DNA of 64,000 bases from Leucoraja erinacea (lineage: Eukaryota): positions 1 to 64,000 of the forward strand of contig NW_026576708.1 in the NCBI RefSeq assembly GCF_028641065.1, read 5' to 3'. The notes below the pieces were generated by a model. That model made no database searches. It saw only the letters and a list, made by a program, of their open reading frames with translations, and had not been told where the DNA came from. The first letter of the stretch is position 1. The number at the start of each line of letters is the position of its first letter. A program made the position numbers and the translations under genes. Positions 37,962 through 47,151 of the stretch are shown piece by piece.

Positions 37962-38624
37962 TTTGGTGTCCACATTGTATTTTACGTCTGCATTCATTTT
38001 GAATGTGTGAGTTTGTTGGTTGGGGGCTTCTGGGCATCTGAATTTCCCTGAGGGGGATCAATAAAATATTTATTATTATTATTATTAGTAGCAGCTGCTA
38101 TGGACTGGGCCTATAGTCGTGGTGAGTGTTGTCAAGCAGAGGGATCTAGGAGTATTGAGTACAGATTTGGGATGTCGTGTTACGGGTGTACAAGTCAGGG
38201 AGGATGTCATTTATCTGTCGACTGGATAGCTAGCACGCGACAAAAAGGTTTTTTTTACTGACGTGACAATAAACTAAAACTCTCTCTCATAGAAACATAG
38301 AAATTAGGTGCAGGAGTAGAGGCCATTCGGCCCTTCGAGCCTGCACCGCCATTCAATATGATCATGGCTGATCATCCAACTCAGTATCCCGTACCCTCTC
38401 CATACCCCCTGATCCCCTTAGCCACAAGGGCCACATCTAACTCCCTCTTAAATATAGCCAATGAACTGGCCTCAACTACCCTCTGTGGCAGAGTTCCAGA
38501 GATTCACCACTCTCCCTCCAATCCCCCCCCCCACACCTTCCCCTTTTCCCACTTTCCCCCTCTCTCCCTCTCCGCCCCCTTCGTTCACCCCCTCTCTCCT
38601 CTCATCCCCCTCTCCCAACACCAT

Positions 38625-39340
38625 CCTCAGTCCATTACAATTTGCCTACCCCTACCACCACGACAAGTCAATGGAGGATGTGATCTCGCTGGTTCTCCAT
38701 TCTGCCCTGGGCAACAGCTCGGCGTTCAATACCGTCAACACCTCCGGGCAGGTTCCCTGGGGTGGGGGCTACTGCACCGGGGAGTCCCCTGCAACCTGTT
38801 CCTCTGGCATTTCACAGACTGGCCCAGCCCGCCTGCCACGTTTGTGGGCTGGTAGAGTCTGTGTGCCAGGTGTACATGGAGTGTGTGAGGCTGCAGGCCC
38901 CTCCGTTCCATTATCTAAAGGGGCTGCTCCTTGCCTTCTGGCTGCATTTTTCACCCACCATCCTCATCTTCGGACACCCCCTGTGCGTAAGGGAGAGGGT
39001 TTGGGGCCGAGGATGTCCTGGTCGGGTTGCTGCTCCTGGGCCTGGCCAAGCCGGCCATCCGCGGGTCACGGCGCCAGGCAGAACAGGGCTCGGCCCCAGC
39101 CGGCTGCCCGCCCCTTTACGGGGATATACGTCTGCGCCCGGCTGGGGTTAGAGAGGGGCTACGCGCTGTTCACGGGCTCCCTGGTGGATTTGCTGGACCG
39201 CTGGGCACCGCGGGGGGGTGGAATGCATCCTGGACATGGAGCGTTACACAGTTATCGGGAAATTTAGTGTCTTGCATAATTTGGTGATTTTTGCACTGTG
39301 GTCATTGACTACGTTATTTTTGATTTTTTAAAATAAAAGC
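38625..39340 (+). mobile_element. Short Rex1/Babar-like RT relic (38625-38735) joined to a Tx1/L1-clade LINE 3' end
   Basis: PLQFAY..SMEDVISLVLHSAL..SSAFNT, then frameshifted CHVCGLVESV..MECVRL..LLLAFWLHFSPTILIFG..LLLGLAKPAI..RWAPRG; AATAAA at ~39332. Confidence 0.75.
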
Positions 39341-39426
39341 TGGTTACCAAGCTGCCGGAACTTGGTCTTTTCCATTCCCTGTAACTAGATCCTCAACTTC
39401 CTCATCACCAGGACCACAGTCTGTAC

Positions 39427-39506
39427 CAAAGATCCTAGAGGAGCAAGATAGACCACTCCTCCGAAATCCAATGGACTGGCGTGTAGTACGTGACATATAA
39501 TCTTTG
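39427..39506. mobile_element. 80-bp miniature hAT MITE, same family as 37027-37315
   Basis: CAAAGAT...ATCTTTG termini; perfect 8-bp TSD GTCTGTAC. Confidence 0.85.
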
Positions 39507-39675
39507 GTCTGTACGAATTGACAGCCCCCCCCCCCCCCGTGACCCCCCCCCCACCCGTCACCCCTGACCCCATATTCAACATCCCAGGGGTCAATCCCAG
39601 GTCAAAGGTCAGGGGGCAAGCACTTGGCCGCAAGGAGACACTGGAAGTAAGTAAACAAGACCAATATATGTCATT

Positions 39676-39681
39676 TTTATT
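39676..39681 (-). terminator. Poly(A) signal of gene Y
   Basis: AATAAA on minus, ~125 nt past the stop at 39806. Confidence 0.7.
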
Positions 39682-39805
39682 CCAATAAACACATTTTACA
39701 AGGTTGCCAGGCGGGGAGATGAGCCCAGCCCAGCCCAGCCCGGAGTTCATCCTAATATCTACATCGGCCGCCATCTTGGTGAGGTCAGGCCAAGATGGCC
39801 ACCGC

Positions 39806-42800
39806 TCAGTGGCCTTCCCCGGGCCGTCCTCGCCGCCGTATACGCAGTAGCTCTCGCGCCGCCACCAGGGACACGTAGTAGAAGATGTCCCAGTATTCCG
39901 CGTCGTCCCAGGGCACTGACATCAAATCCGAGTCCGACAGGCCTTCCTCTTCCCTCAAGGATGCTGCCTGTTCCTCCTGATCTGCTTCCTGTTCCTCCTG
40001 ATCCGCTTCCTGTTCCTCCTGATCTGCTTCCTGCCCCGCTCGGCCCACATCGTGTTTCACTTGGCCTGCTTCATGTTTCTCCCGGCCCTCTTCCTGTTCC
40101 TCCTGGCCTGCTTCCTGTTCCTCCCAATCAGCTTCCTGGTCCTCCCCGCCTGCTTCCTGTTCCTCATGGCCGTCTTCTTCTTCCTCCTGATCCGCTTCCT
40201 CTTCCTCCCGGCCCACTTCCTCTTCCTCCCGGCTCTCTTCCTCTTCCTTCTGGCCCGCTTCCTGCCCTGCACTTCTCACTTCCTGCCCCTCACGTCCTAC
40301 TTCCTGCCCTTCACCATGTGCTTTCTGTTCCTCATGTCCTACTTCCTGTTCCTCCCAGCCCATTTCCTGTTCCTCATGTCCCACTTCCTGTTCCTCCTGG
40401 CCCACTTCCCGTTCCTCATGTCCCGCTTCCTGTTCCTCCCGGCCCGCTTCCTGGTCCTTGTGTCCCACTTCCTGTTCCTCCCGGCCCGCTTCCTTTTCCT
40501 CATGTCCAGCTTCCTGTTCCTCAAGTCCCACTTCCTGTACCTCCCGGCCCGCTTCCTTTTCCACCTGGGTCACTTCCTCTTTGATCGCTATGGCTTCCTC
40601 TTTGCCCATTTCTGCTTCCTCATCCTCCAGACCAGCTTTGTTTTCACTCTGGCCGACTTCCTTTGCCCTAACGCTCGTTTCTTCTTCCTCCCGGCCCACT
40701 TCCTCTTCCTCTGTTTCCGACATCCCCCCATCGTCCGGCTCTGCCCGACACTGCAGAATGTCCGTGTGGAGGGCCGTGGGTTGAGGGGGCATGGGGGTGA
40801 GGCTGGTCAACGAACCGGGCCACTGGGATCTCACCGCCATCTCCGAGCCCTGAAGCCTGTCTGCTAGGCCCGAATCCTCCAGTGTGGACACTGTTTGTAG
40901 GCCCTGAAGCCTAACTCCTGGGCCTGGCCCATGAAGCCTATCCTCTAGGCCTGAATCCTCCAGCGTAGGTACTGATTGTAGGCCCTGAAGCCTAATTCCT
41001 AGGCCTAGCCCCTGAAACCTGTCCACTATGCCTGGATTCTCAACCTTAGGCGCTACTTGCAGGCCCTGAAGCCTAATTCCTAGTCCTGGCCCATGAAGCA
41101 TGTCCACTATGTCTGGATCCTCCACCTTAGGCACTGCTTGTAGGCCTTTAAGCCTGACTCCTGGGCCTCGAGTCCTCGTCGCTGAGGTTGAGGCTGGGGC
41201 CTCCGCGCCGGTCACTGGGCCCTTGTCGGGCCCCACAGCCTGAGCCTCGGGCCCTGCAGGCGAGCGGGGAGGGGGTTCCGGCGGGGCTGGGGGTCCCCAC
41301 CCGCCTCGGTCTCTGCTGGGAGGCCGGGCCACCACCAGCAGGCTCCCGGGGACCATGTTCGGCCGGCTGCTGGGATCCTGGCCCGTGCTGGACTTTCTGC
41401 TGGGATCTGAGACTGCATTCCACAGGCTGCTGGAATCGGGGGATGTGTTTGACTTTCTACTGGGGTCCTGGTCTGCGTTTGACTGTCTGCTGGGATCCAG
41501 GACTACGTTCCACGGGCTGCTGGGATCCGGGGCAGCGTTTAATGGGCTGCTGGGATCTGTGGCTGCGTTCAGCGGGCTGCTGGGATCCGGGGCCGTGTTC
41601 CGAAGCCCCCGCAGGTCCAGCAGGGCGGTCCCTAGTGAGCTGGGACCCAGCAGGATACGGACCACCCGGCCCCCGTCCAGCGCGATGGTCAGATGGCTGC
41701 TGGGATCGGCGGCTGTGGTCAACATTCTGCTGGGGTCCAAGGCTGTATTCAATGGGCTGCTGGCATCCAGAGACACGCCAGGCTGGCTGCTGGGATCCGG
41801 GACTGTGTTAGACATTCTGCTGTGATCCGAGATTGCATTCCATGATCTGCTGGGATTTGGGACTATGTTCAATATTGTGCTGGGTTCCAATACTGCATTG
41901 AACGATTTGCTGCGATCCAAGACTGTATTCGACGGGCTGCTGGGATCCGGGACTGTGTTTGATGTTCTACTGGGATCTATGACTGTATTTGACGAGCTGC
42001 TGGAATCTGGGGCTGTGTTTAACTTGCTGCTGGGATCAGCGACTGCATCCAATGGGCTGCTGGGATCCAGGGCCACGACAGGCCGGCTGCTGGGATCAGG
42101 GATAGTGTTAAGTGTTCTGATGGGATCCAGGACAGCATTCAACATTCTGCTGGGATCTATGACTGTATTCGACGGGCTACTGGGATCCGGGACTGTGTTA
42201 AGCGATCTGCTGGAAACTAAGACAGCATTCAATGATCTGCTGGGATCCTGGATTGCTCCAGGCTGGTTGCTGGAATCTGGAACTATATTCAACGTTCTGC
42301 TGGGATCTGGGTCTGTGTTCAATGCCCTGCTGGGATCCAGGGTTGTGTTTGATGTTCTGCTGGGATCCATGACTGCATTTGACATTCTGCTGGGAGTCAG
42401 GGCTGCTCCGGGCTGGCTGCTGGGATCTATGACTGTGTTTGACGTTCTGCTGGGATCTATGACTGTATTTGATGGGCTACTGGGATCCGGCAGCATACTA
42501 GACCGGCTGCTGGGATCCGGGACAGTGTTCAATGTTATGCTGGGATCAGGAACTGTATTCAATGAACTGTTGGGATCCGGGGCCTCTCCAGCCCGGCTGC
42601 TGGGATCAGGGACTATATTCAACATTCTGCTGGTATCTGGGACTGCATTCAATGTTCTGCTGGGATCAACGGCTGTGTTAAACATTCTGCTGGGATCTGG
42701 GACTGTATTCCATGATCTGCTGGAATCCAGGATTGCTCCTGGCTGACTGCTAGGATCCGAGGCGGTGTTCAACATTCTGCTGGGATCCATGCCTGTGTCC

Positions 42801-45800
42801 AATGATTTGGGATCTGGGGCTGTGTTCAAACTGCTGCTGGGATCAGGGACGGTGTTCGATGGGCTGCTGGGATCTGGGGCTGTGTTAAATGTTGTGCTGG
42901 GATCCCTGGCTGCGTTGACAGGGCTGCTGGGATTCCTGGGAGGGAACGCCGCTTCCAATTCCCTGTTGGGATTGGTGGACGGGATGCTGGGATGCTGGGC
43001 AGGTCTGCGGGGATCGTCCAAGGGCACCACCACCCCAGGATCTACCAGGTTGCCCATGTCCCTGCTGGAGCTGGTACCGGCCCTGCTGGTATGGGCTGCA
43101 GGAGATGCCTCCTGGAGCTCCACCATGGTCCCTACATCCCTGCTGGTCTGGTCTGCCAACCACACCTCAAAATCCATCTCGGTTCCCACATCCCTGCTGG
43201 AGTTGGGACTCGCTCTGCTGGGATGGTGCGTGGGTGAGATCTCCTGAAGTTCCACCAGGATTCCCACATCTCTGCTGGTGCCGGGCCCAGCTCTGCTGGG
43301 ATGGTCTGCCTGCCACATCTCGAGATCCACCAGGGATCCCAGATCTGTGCTGGAGTCAGTGCTCGCTCTGCTGGGATTGCTCGAGGACGCATCCTCATCA
43401 AGGTCCAACATGGGCCCGAAGTCTCTGCTGGTGCTGGGGCCGTCTCTGGTGTGTCTGCTGAGGTATCCGGAGGCTGGGGTGACCTGGGACCCCACGTCCC
43501 TGCTGGTTTTGGGGCTGGTGTGTCTGCTGGGGTAGCCCGAGGCCAATGTCTCCTGAAGGTCCCACACCTGACCTCTGTTAGTCTTTGAGCTGGCGTGTCT
43601 GCTGGTCTGGCCCCAAAATAGTATCTCCTCATGACCCTGCAGGTCCTGTCCGCCCCTGCTGGTGTCGAGAGAATTTCTGCTGGGATGGTGGGTGGGCAGC
43701 CTGGCGATGGGCTCATCTCTGCTGGGTTGCCGCGGGAGACCCACCATCTCTCTGCTGGTGTTGGGGCCAAGGCTGCCGTGTCTGCTGGGATTTCCTGAGA
43801 CGGGGGTCGCATGGGGGTCTTCCCCGTCCCTGCTGGAATGGTCCAGGAGGGGCATCCCCTCTCTGCTGGTGTCAGGATCATCTCTGCTGGGAAATCCTGG
43901 GACCTGGGACTCCGTATCTCTGCCGGGGACGGGGCTGCTGTGTCTACTGGGATCTGCCAATGATGGGGTCACTGGGAGATCCAGCACATTAGTCCTGCTG
44001 GGATTGGTGCCGGTCTGTCTAATGGGGTTCCCCAGCGATGGCAGTCCCTGTAGGACCACCATCTCTCTGCTGGTCTGTCTGCTGGGATTCTCCAAAGCTG
44101 ATGTCCCCTCATAGTCCACCTTGACCCTGCTGGGATTGGGGCTGGTGTGTCTACTGGTTGATCCTGAGAAAGTCTCCTGGTCCAAGGCGTCCACGTCTCT
44201 ACTGGGATTTTCCAAGACTGATGTCTGCTCGAGGTCCACATTGACCCTGCTGGTGTGTCTGCTGGGGTGCCCCACGGCCGACACCACCTGGAGCTCCAGC
44301 GGATTAGCCCTGCTGGTGTCCAGGCTGGTTTTCGCCTTCCTGCTGGTGCCAGCACCTTTTCTACTGGGATGCCTCGTGGGAGGCATCTGCTGGGGCTCCA
44401 TCGACTCCCTGGTGGTGAGGCTGGTGTGTCTGCTGTGTTCGTGTCTCTGAGGCGTAGCTGCTGAGACGATGGCGTGGTCTGCAGTGATCGCGTCTCTGCT
44501 GGTGTCCAGGCTGGTGGGTCTGCTGGGATAGACCAGTGGTGAAGTCCCCTGGTGGCTCCCCACATCTCTGCTGGTGGTGGAGCTGCCTCTGCTGGGATTC
44601 TCCATGGTAGATGTCTCCTGGAGCTCCCCCACCTTTCCCCTGCTGGTGCTGAGGCTGGTGTGTCTACCGGGATATCCTGACATCTCATGGTCCTTGATGG
44701 TCCCGTCATCCCTGCTGGTGTTGGGGCTGTCTCTGCTGGAATCTTCCAAGAGTGATGTTGCCTGGTGGTCCACCAGTTTGTCCCTGCTGGTGTGTCTGCT
44801 GGGAAACCTCAGGGGTGAAGTCTCCTGCTGGTCCACATCTTCCCTGCTAGTGTGTCTGCTGGGATAGTTCAGGGGCGATGCGTGATGGTCCACCACATCT
44901 CTGCTGGGATGGTCCCACCAGTCCAACTCCTCCAAGCCTCCCCGCTCTCTGCTGGTCCCGGTGGTGTCCCTGCTGGGAGAGGCAGAGAGAGGGAGTTCTC
45001 TGCTGGTATTGGCAGAGATTAGGACCTCTCTGCTGGAATTGGAGGAGAGAGGGACCGCCCTGGTGGAATTGGCGGAGAGAAAAAGCTCTCTGCTGGGATT
45101 GGGGGAGAGAGGGAACGTCCAGCTGGGATTGGAGGAGAGAGCATACACCCTGCTGGGATTGGTGGAGAGAGGGATTGTCCAGCTGGGATTGGAGGAGAGA
45201 GGGGCCCTCCAGCTGGGATTGGGGGAGAGAGGGAGCTCCCAGCTGGGATTGTGGGAGAGAGGAAACTCTCTGCTGGGATTGGGGGAGAGAGTTACCTCTC
45301 TGCTGGGATTGGGGGAGAGAGTTATCTCTCTGCTGTTATTGCGGGAGAGAGAGAGCTCTCTGGTGGGATTGGAGGAGAGAGGGAGCTCTCTGCTGGTTTT
45401 GGGGGAGAGAGGGAGCTCTCTGCTGGTTTTGGGGGAGAGAGGGAGCTCTCTGCTGGGATTTGGGGCAAGAGCGACCTCTCTGCTGGGATTGGAGGAGAGA
45501 GGGAGGTCTCTGCTGGGATTGGAGGAGAGAGGGAGCTCTTTGACGGGAGGGATGGGCAAGGAGCGGAGGATTCCGGCCAGTAGCCCTGCAGCCAATGAGA
45601 AGGGGTTGTCCAACTCATTGGGGGGAGGGGAATCGAGGGGCGGAGGGCCCCCCAGCGTGGTGGCCATGATCTGGGCCAGTACAGCGGTGGGGGTGGGGCT
45701 GCCGAGGGCCGGGTCGATGGGGAACCGGGGCTCAGTGTCCTGGCGGTCGGGCTCGGGCAGGGAGTCCATTGTGTCATCCTCCCAGGGCCCGCCCGCCTGG

Positions 45801-46918
45801 CCAGACCTCCCCAAGATGGCCGCTGGATCCGACCTTTCAAAGATGGCTGCCGTGTCCGACTTCCCCAAGGTGGCCACTGCGTACGACCTCCCTAAGATGG
45901 CCCCAGGGTCGGGGCTTTCCAAGATGGCTACCGGGTTGGACCTTTCCAAGATGGCTGCCGGATCCGACCTCCCCAAGATGGCCCCCGTGTCAGACCTTTC
46001 CAAGGTGGTCACCACCGGGTCTGACCTTTGCGAGGTGGTTGCTGGGTCCGACCTTTCTGTGATGGCCGCAGGGTTTGCCCTCCCCAAGATGGCCGCCAGG
46101 TCCGGACTCTTCAAGATGGCCACTAGGTCTGGGCTTCCCATGATGGCCGCTAGGTCAGGAGTCTCCCAGGCTGGGACTGAATCTTGGCCTGGAGCCCACT
46201 TTGCCCGGGAGGCCGGCGGCTCTGGCAACGACAGCGGGACTGTGACTGGCTTGGGCCCAGGCCTGGCCGGGAGTGAGTTAGTGCTGGGCCGGTCCAGTGC
46301 GGCGATCGCCTCAGGCCTGTGCTGCCTGGATGCCCGCTTGTGGTGCTCCAAGATGGCGGCTGCCCCAGGACTGACCAAGATGGACGACCATCGGTAATCT
46401 TCCGCCATGGCTGACCGCTCAGGACTCGCCAAGATGGCCGACTGTGCGGGATCGTCCAAGATGGCCGGCCTCTCAGGACTCACCAAGATGGCCGACCGCA
46501 TGGGAGCGTCCAAGATGGCCGACCTCTCAGGACTCACCAAGATGGCCGACCGTCCCGGAGCGTCCAAGATAGCGGCTGCCTGGGGAGTCTCCGTGCTGAG
46601 GAAGGGCCGGCGGGGAGTGTCCGGGGTGAACTCCCCGCGGAGGGAAGGCGGGGCCGTCTCGCTGTCCTCGCTCTCGGAGAGCGTGCGGAGACTGGCGTCT
46701 GAGATCTCCTCCTCCCACAGATGTCTGGCCGGCCCCTCGCCCACCGGTTCGTGGCGCCGCAGCGCGAGGGCGAGGGTGGGAGAGAGGGAGACGGGGCCCG
46801 CCCGGCGTCTCCGTCTCTCTGGGGTCCTGGTGGGCTCCCGGTCCTGTCCCAGGCCCAGGGTGGACCCCGGCTCACTCTCCTCCTCCCCTCCCTCCAGGGT
46901 GGAGACTCCTGGTAACAC
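39806..46918 (-). CDS. Gene Y: unidentified giant single-exon repetitive protein (~2200-2370 aa, predicted disordered)
   Basis: 7.1 kb with no stop and no recognisable TE insertion. Repeat units of 21, 27, 30 and 75 nt are all multiples of 3. Acceptor before 46959, poly(A) signal downstream. First in-frame ATGs at 46501 and 46408 (gccATGg). Confidence 0.8.
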   Translation of the reverse strand: MLPGVSTLEGGEEESEPGSTLGLGQDREPTRTPERRRRRAGPVSLSPTLALALRRHEPVGEGPARHLWEEEISDASLRTLSESEDSETAPPSLRGEFTPDTPRRPFLSTETPQAAAILDAPGRSAILVSPERSAILDAPMRSAILVSPERPAILDDPAQSAILASPERSAMAEDYRWSSILVSPGAAAILEHHKRASRQHRPEAIAALDRPSTNSLPARPGPKPVTVPLSLPEPPASRAKWAPGQDSVPAWETPDLAAIMGSPDLVAILKSPDLAAILGRANPAAITERSDPATTSQRSDPVVTTLERSDTGAILGRSDPAAILERSNPVAILESPDPGAILGRSYAVATLGKSDTAAIFERSDPAAILGRSGQAGGPWEDDTMDSLPEPDRQDTEPRFPIDPALGSPTPTAVLAQIMATTLGGPPPLDSPPPNELDNPFSLAAGLLAGILRSLPIPPVKELPLSSNPSRDLPLSSNPSREVALAPNPSRELPLSPKTSRELPLSPKTSRELPLSSNPTRELSLSRNNSREITLSPNPSREVTLSPNPSREFPLSHNPSWELPLSPNPSWRAPLSSNPSWTIPLSTNPSRVYALSSNPSWTFPLSPNPSRELFLSANSTRAVPLSSNSSREVLISANTSRELPLSASPSRDTTGTSRERGGLEELDWWDHPSRDVVDHHASPLNYPSRHTSREDVDQQETSPLRFPSRHTSRDKLVDHQATSLLEDSSRDSPNTSRDDGTIKDHEMSGYPGRHTSLSTSRGKVGELQETSTMENPSRGSSTTSRDVGSHQGTSPLVYPSRPTSLDTSRDAITADHAIVSAATPQRHEHSRHTSLTTRESMEPQQMPPTRHPSRKGAGTSRKAKTSLDTSRANPLELQVVSAVGHPSRHTSRVNVDLEQTSVLENPSRDVDALDQETFSGSTSRHTSPNPSRVKVDYEGTSALENPSRQTSREMVVLQGLPSLGNPIRQTGTNPSRTNVLDLPVTPSLADPSRHSSPVPGRDTESQVPGFPSRDDPDTSREGMPLLDHSSRDGEDPHATPVSGNPSRHGSLGPNTSREMVGLPRQPSRDEPIARLPTHHPSRNSLDTSRGGQDLQGHEEILFWGQTSRHASSKTNRGQVWDLQETLASGYPSRHTSPKTSRDVGSQVTPASGYLSRHTRDGPSTSRDFGPMLDLDEDASSSNPSRASTDSSTDLGSLVDLEMWQADHPSRAGPGTSRDVGILVELQEISPTHHPSRASPNSSRDVGTEMDFEVWLADQTSRDVGTMVELQEASPAAHTSRAGTSSSRDMGNLVDPGVVVPLDDPRRPAQHPSIPSTNPNRELEAAFPPRNPSSPVNAARDPSTTFNTAPDPSSPSNTVPDPSSSLNTAPDPKSLDTGMDPSRMLNTASDPSSQPGAILDSSRSWNTVPDPSRMFNTAVDPSRTLNAVPDTSRMLNIVPDPSSRAGEAPDPNSSLNTVPDPSITLNTVPDPSSRSSMLPDPSSPSNTVIDPSRTSNTVIDPSSQPGAALTPSRMSNAVMDPSRTSNTTLDPSRALNTDPDPSRTLNIVPDSSNQPGAIQDPSRSLNAVLVSSRSLNTVPDPSSPSNTVIDPSRMLNAVLDPIRTLNTIPDPSSRPVVALDPSSPLDAVADPSSKLNTAPDSSSSSNTVIDPSRTSNTVPDPSSPSNTVLDRSKSFNAVLEPSTILNIVPNPSRSWNAISDHSRMSNTVPDPSSQPGVSLDASSPLNTALDPSRMLTTAADPSSHLTIALDGGRVVRILLGPSSLGTALLDLRGLRNTAPDPSSPLNAATDPSSPLNAAPDPSSPWNVVLDPSRQSNADQDPSRKSNTSPDSSSLWNAVSDPSRKSSTGQDPSSRPNMVPGSLLVVARPPSRDRGGWGPPAPPEPPPRSPAGPEAQAVGPDKGPVTGAEAPASTSATRTRGPGVRLKGLQAVPKVEDPDIVDMLHGPGLGIRLQGLQVAPKVENPGIVDRFQGLGLGIRLQGLQSVPTLEDSGLEDRLHGPGPGVRLQGLQTVSTLEDSGLADRLQGSEMAVRSQWPGSLTSLTPMPPQPTALHTDILQCRAEPDDGGMSETEEEEVGREEEETSVRAKEVGQSENKAGLEDEEAEMGKEEAIAIKEEVTQVEKEAGREVQEVGLEEQEAGHEEKEAGREEQEVGHKDQEAGREEQEAGHEEREVGQEEQEVGHEEQEMGWEEQEVGHEEQKAHGEGQEVGREGQEVRSAGQEAGQKEEEESREEEEVGREEEEADQEEEEDGHEEQEAGGEDQEADWEEQEAGQEEQEEGREKHEAGQVKHDVGRAGQEADQEEQEADQEEQEADQEEQAASLREEEGLSDSDLMSVPWDDAEYWDIFYYVSLVAARELLRIRRRGRPGEGH

Positions 46919-47151
46919 AGGGCCAGCCGAGGGCGGGACGGATCCTCGATGTAGCTACCCTGCAGGGGAAGAGGCAAACACAACAGTCAGTCGGCCGAGG
47001 AGTCAGGAAATAGAACAATGCAACATGGCTTAGACGGCAATGGAGACACATGGGTCAGGGGACAGCAGCAGAGATTGTGGACTGAAGGGCCTGTTCCTGT
47101 ACTGTATAAGTGTATAAAACTACGGGAGGTGTAGATGGAGCTACACGATAC

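Noticed and set aside
38461-39267. 268-aa plus-strand ORF as a novel gene
   Set aside because: Explained by CR1, Rex1-like and frameshifted Tx1-like LINE relics.
41380-42900. CRISPR-like array (constant core with variable spacer, 30-nt period)
   Set aside because: Eukaryotic context, a core of only ~10 nt, spacers related to one another, no cas genes; it is an in-frame coding repeat.
44961-46397. 478-aa Leu-rich plus-strand ORF and other antisense ORFs at 40-47 kb
   Set aside because: Antisense shadows of the in-frame repeats. They are fragmented, whereas the minus frame is continuous and has gene signals.
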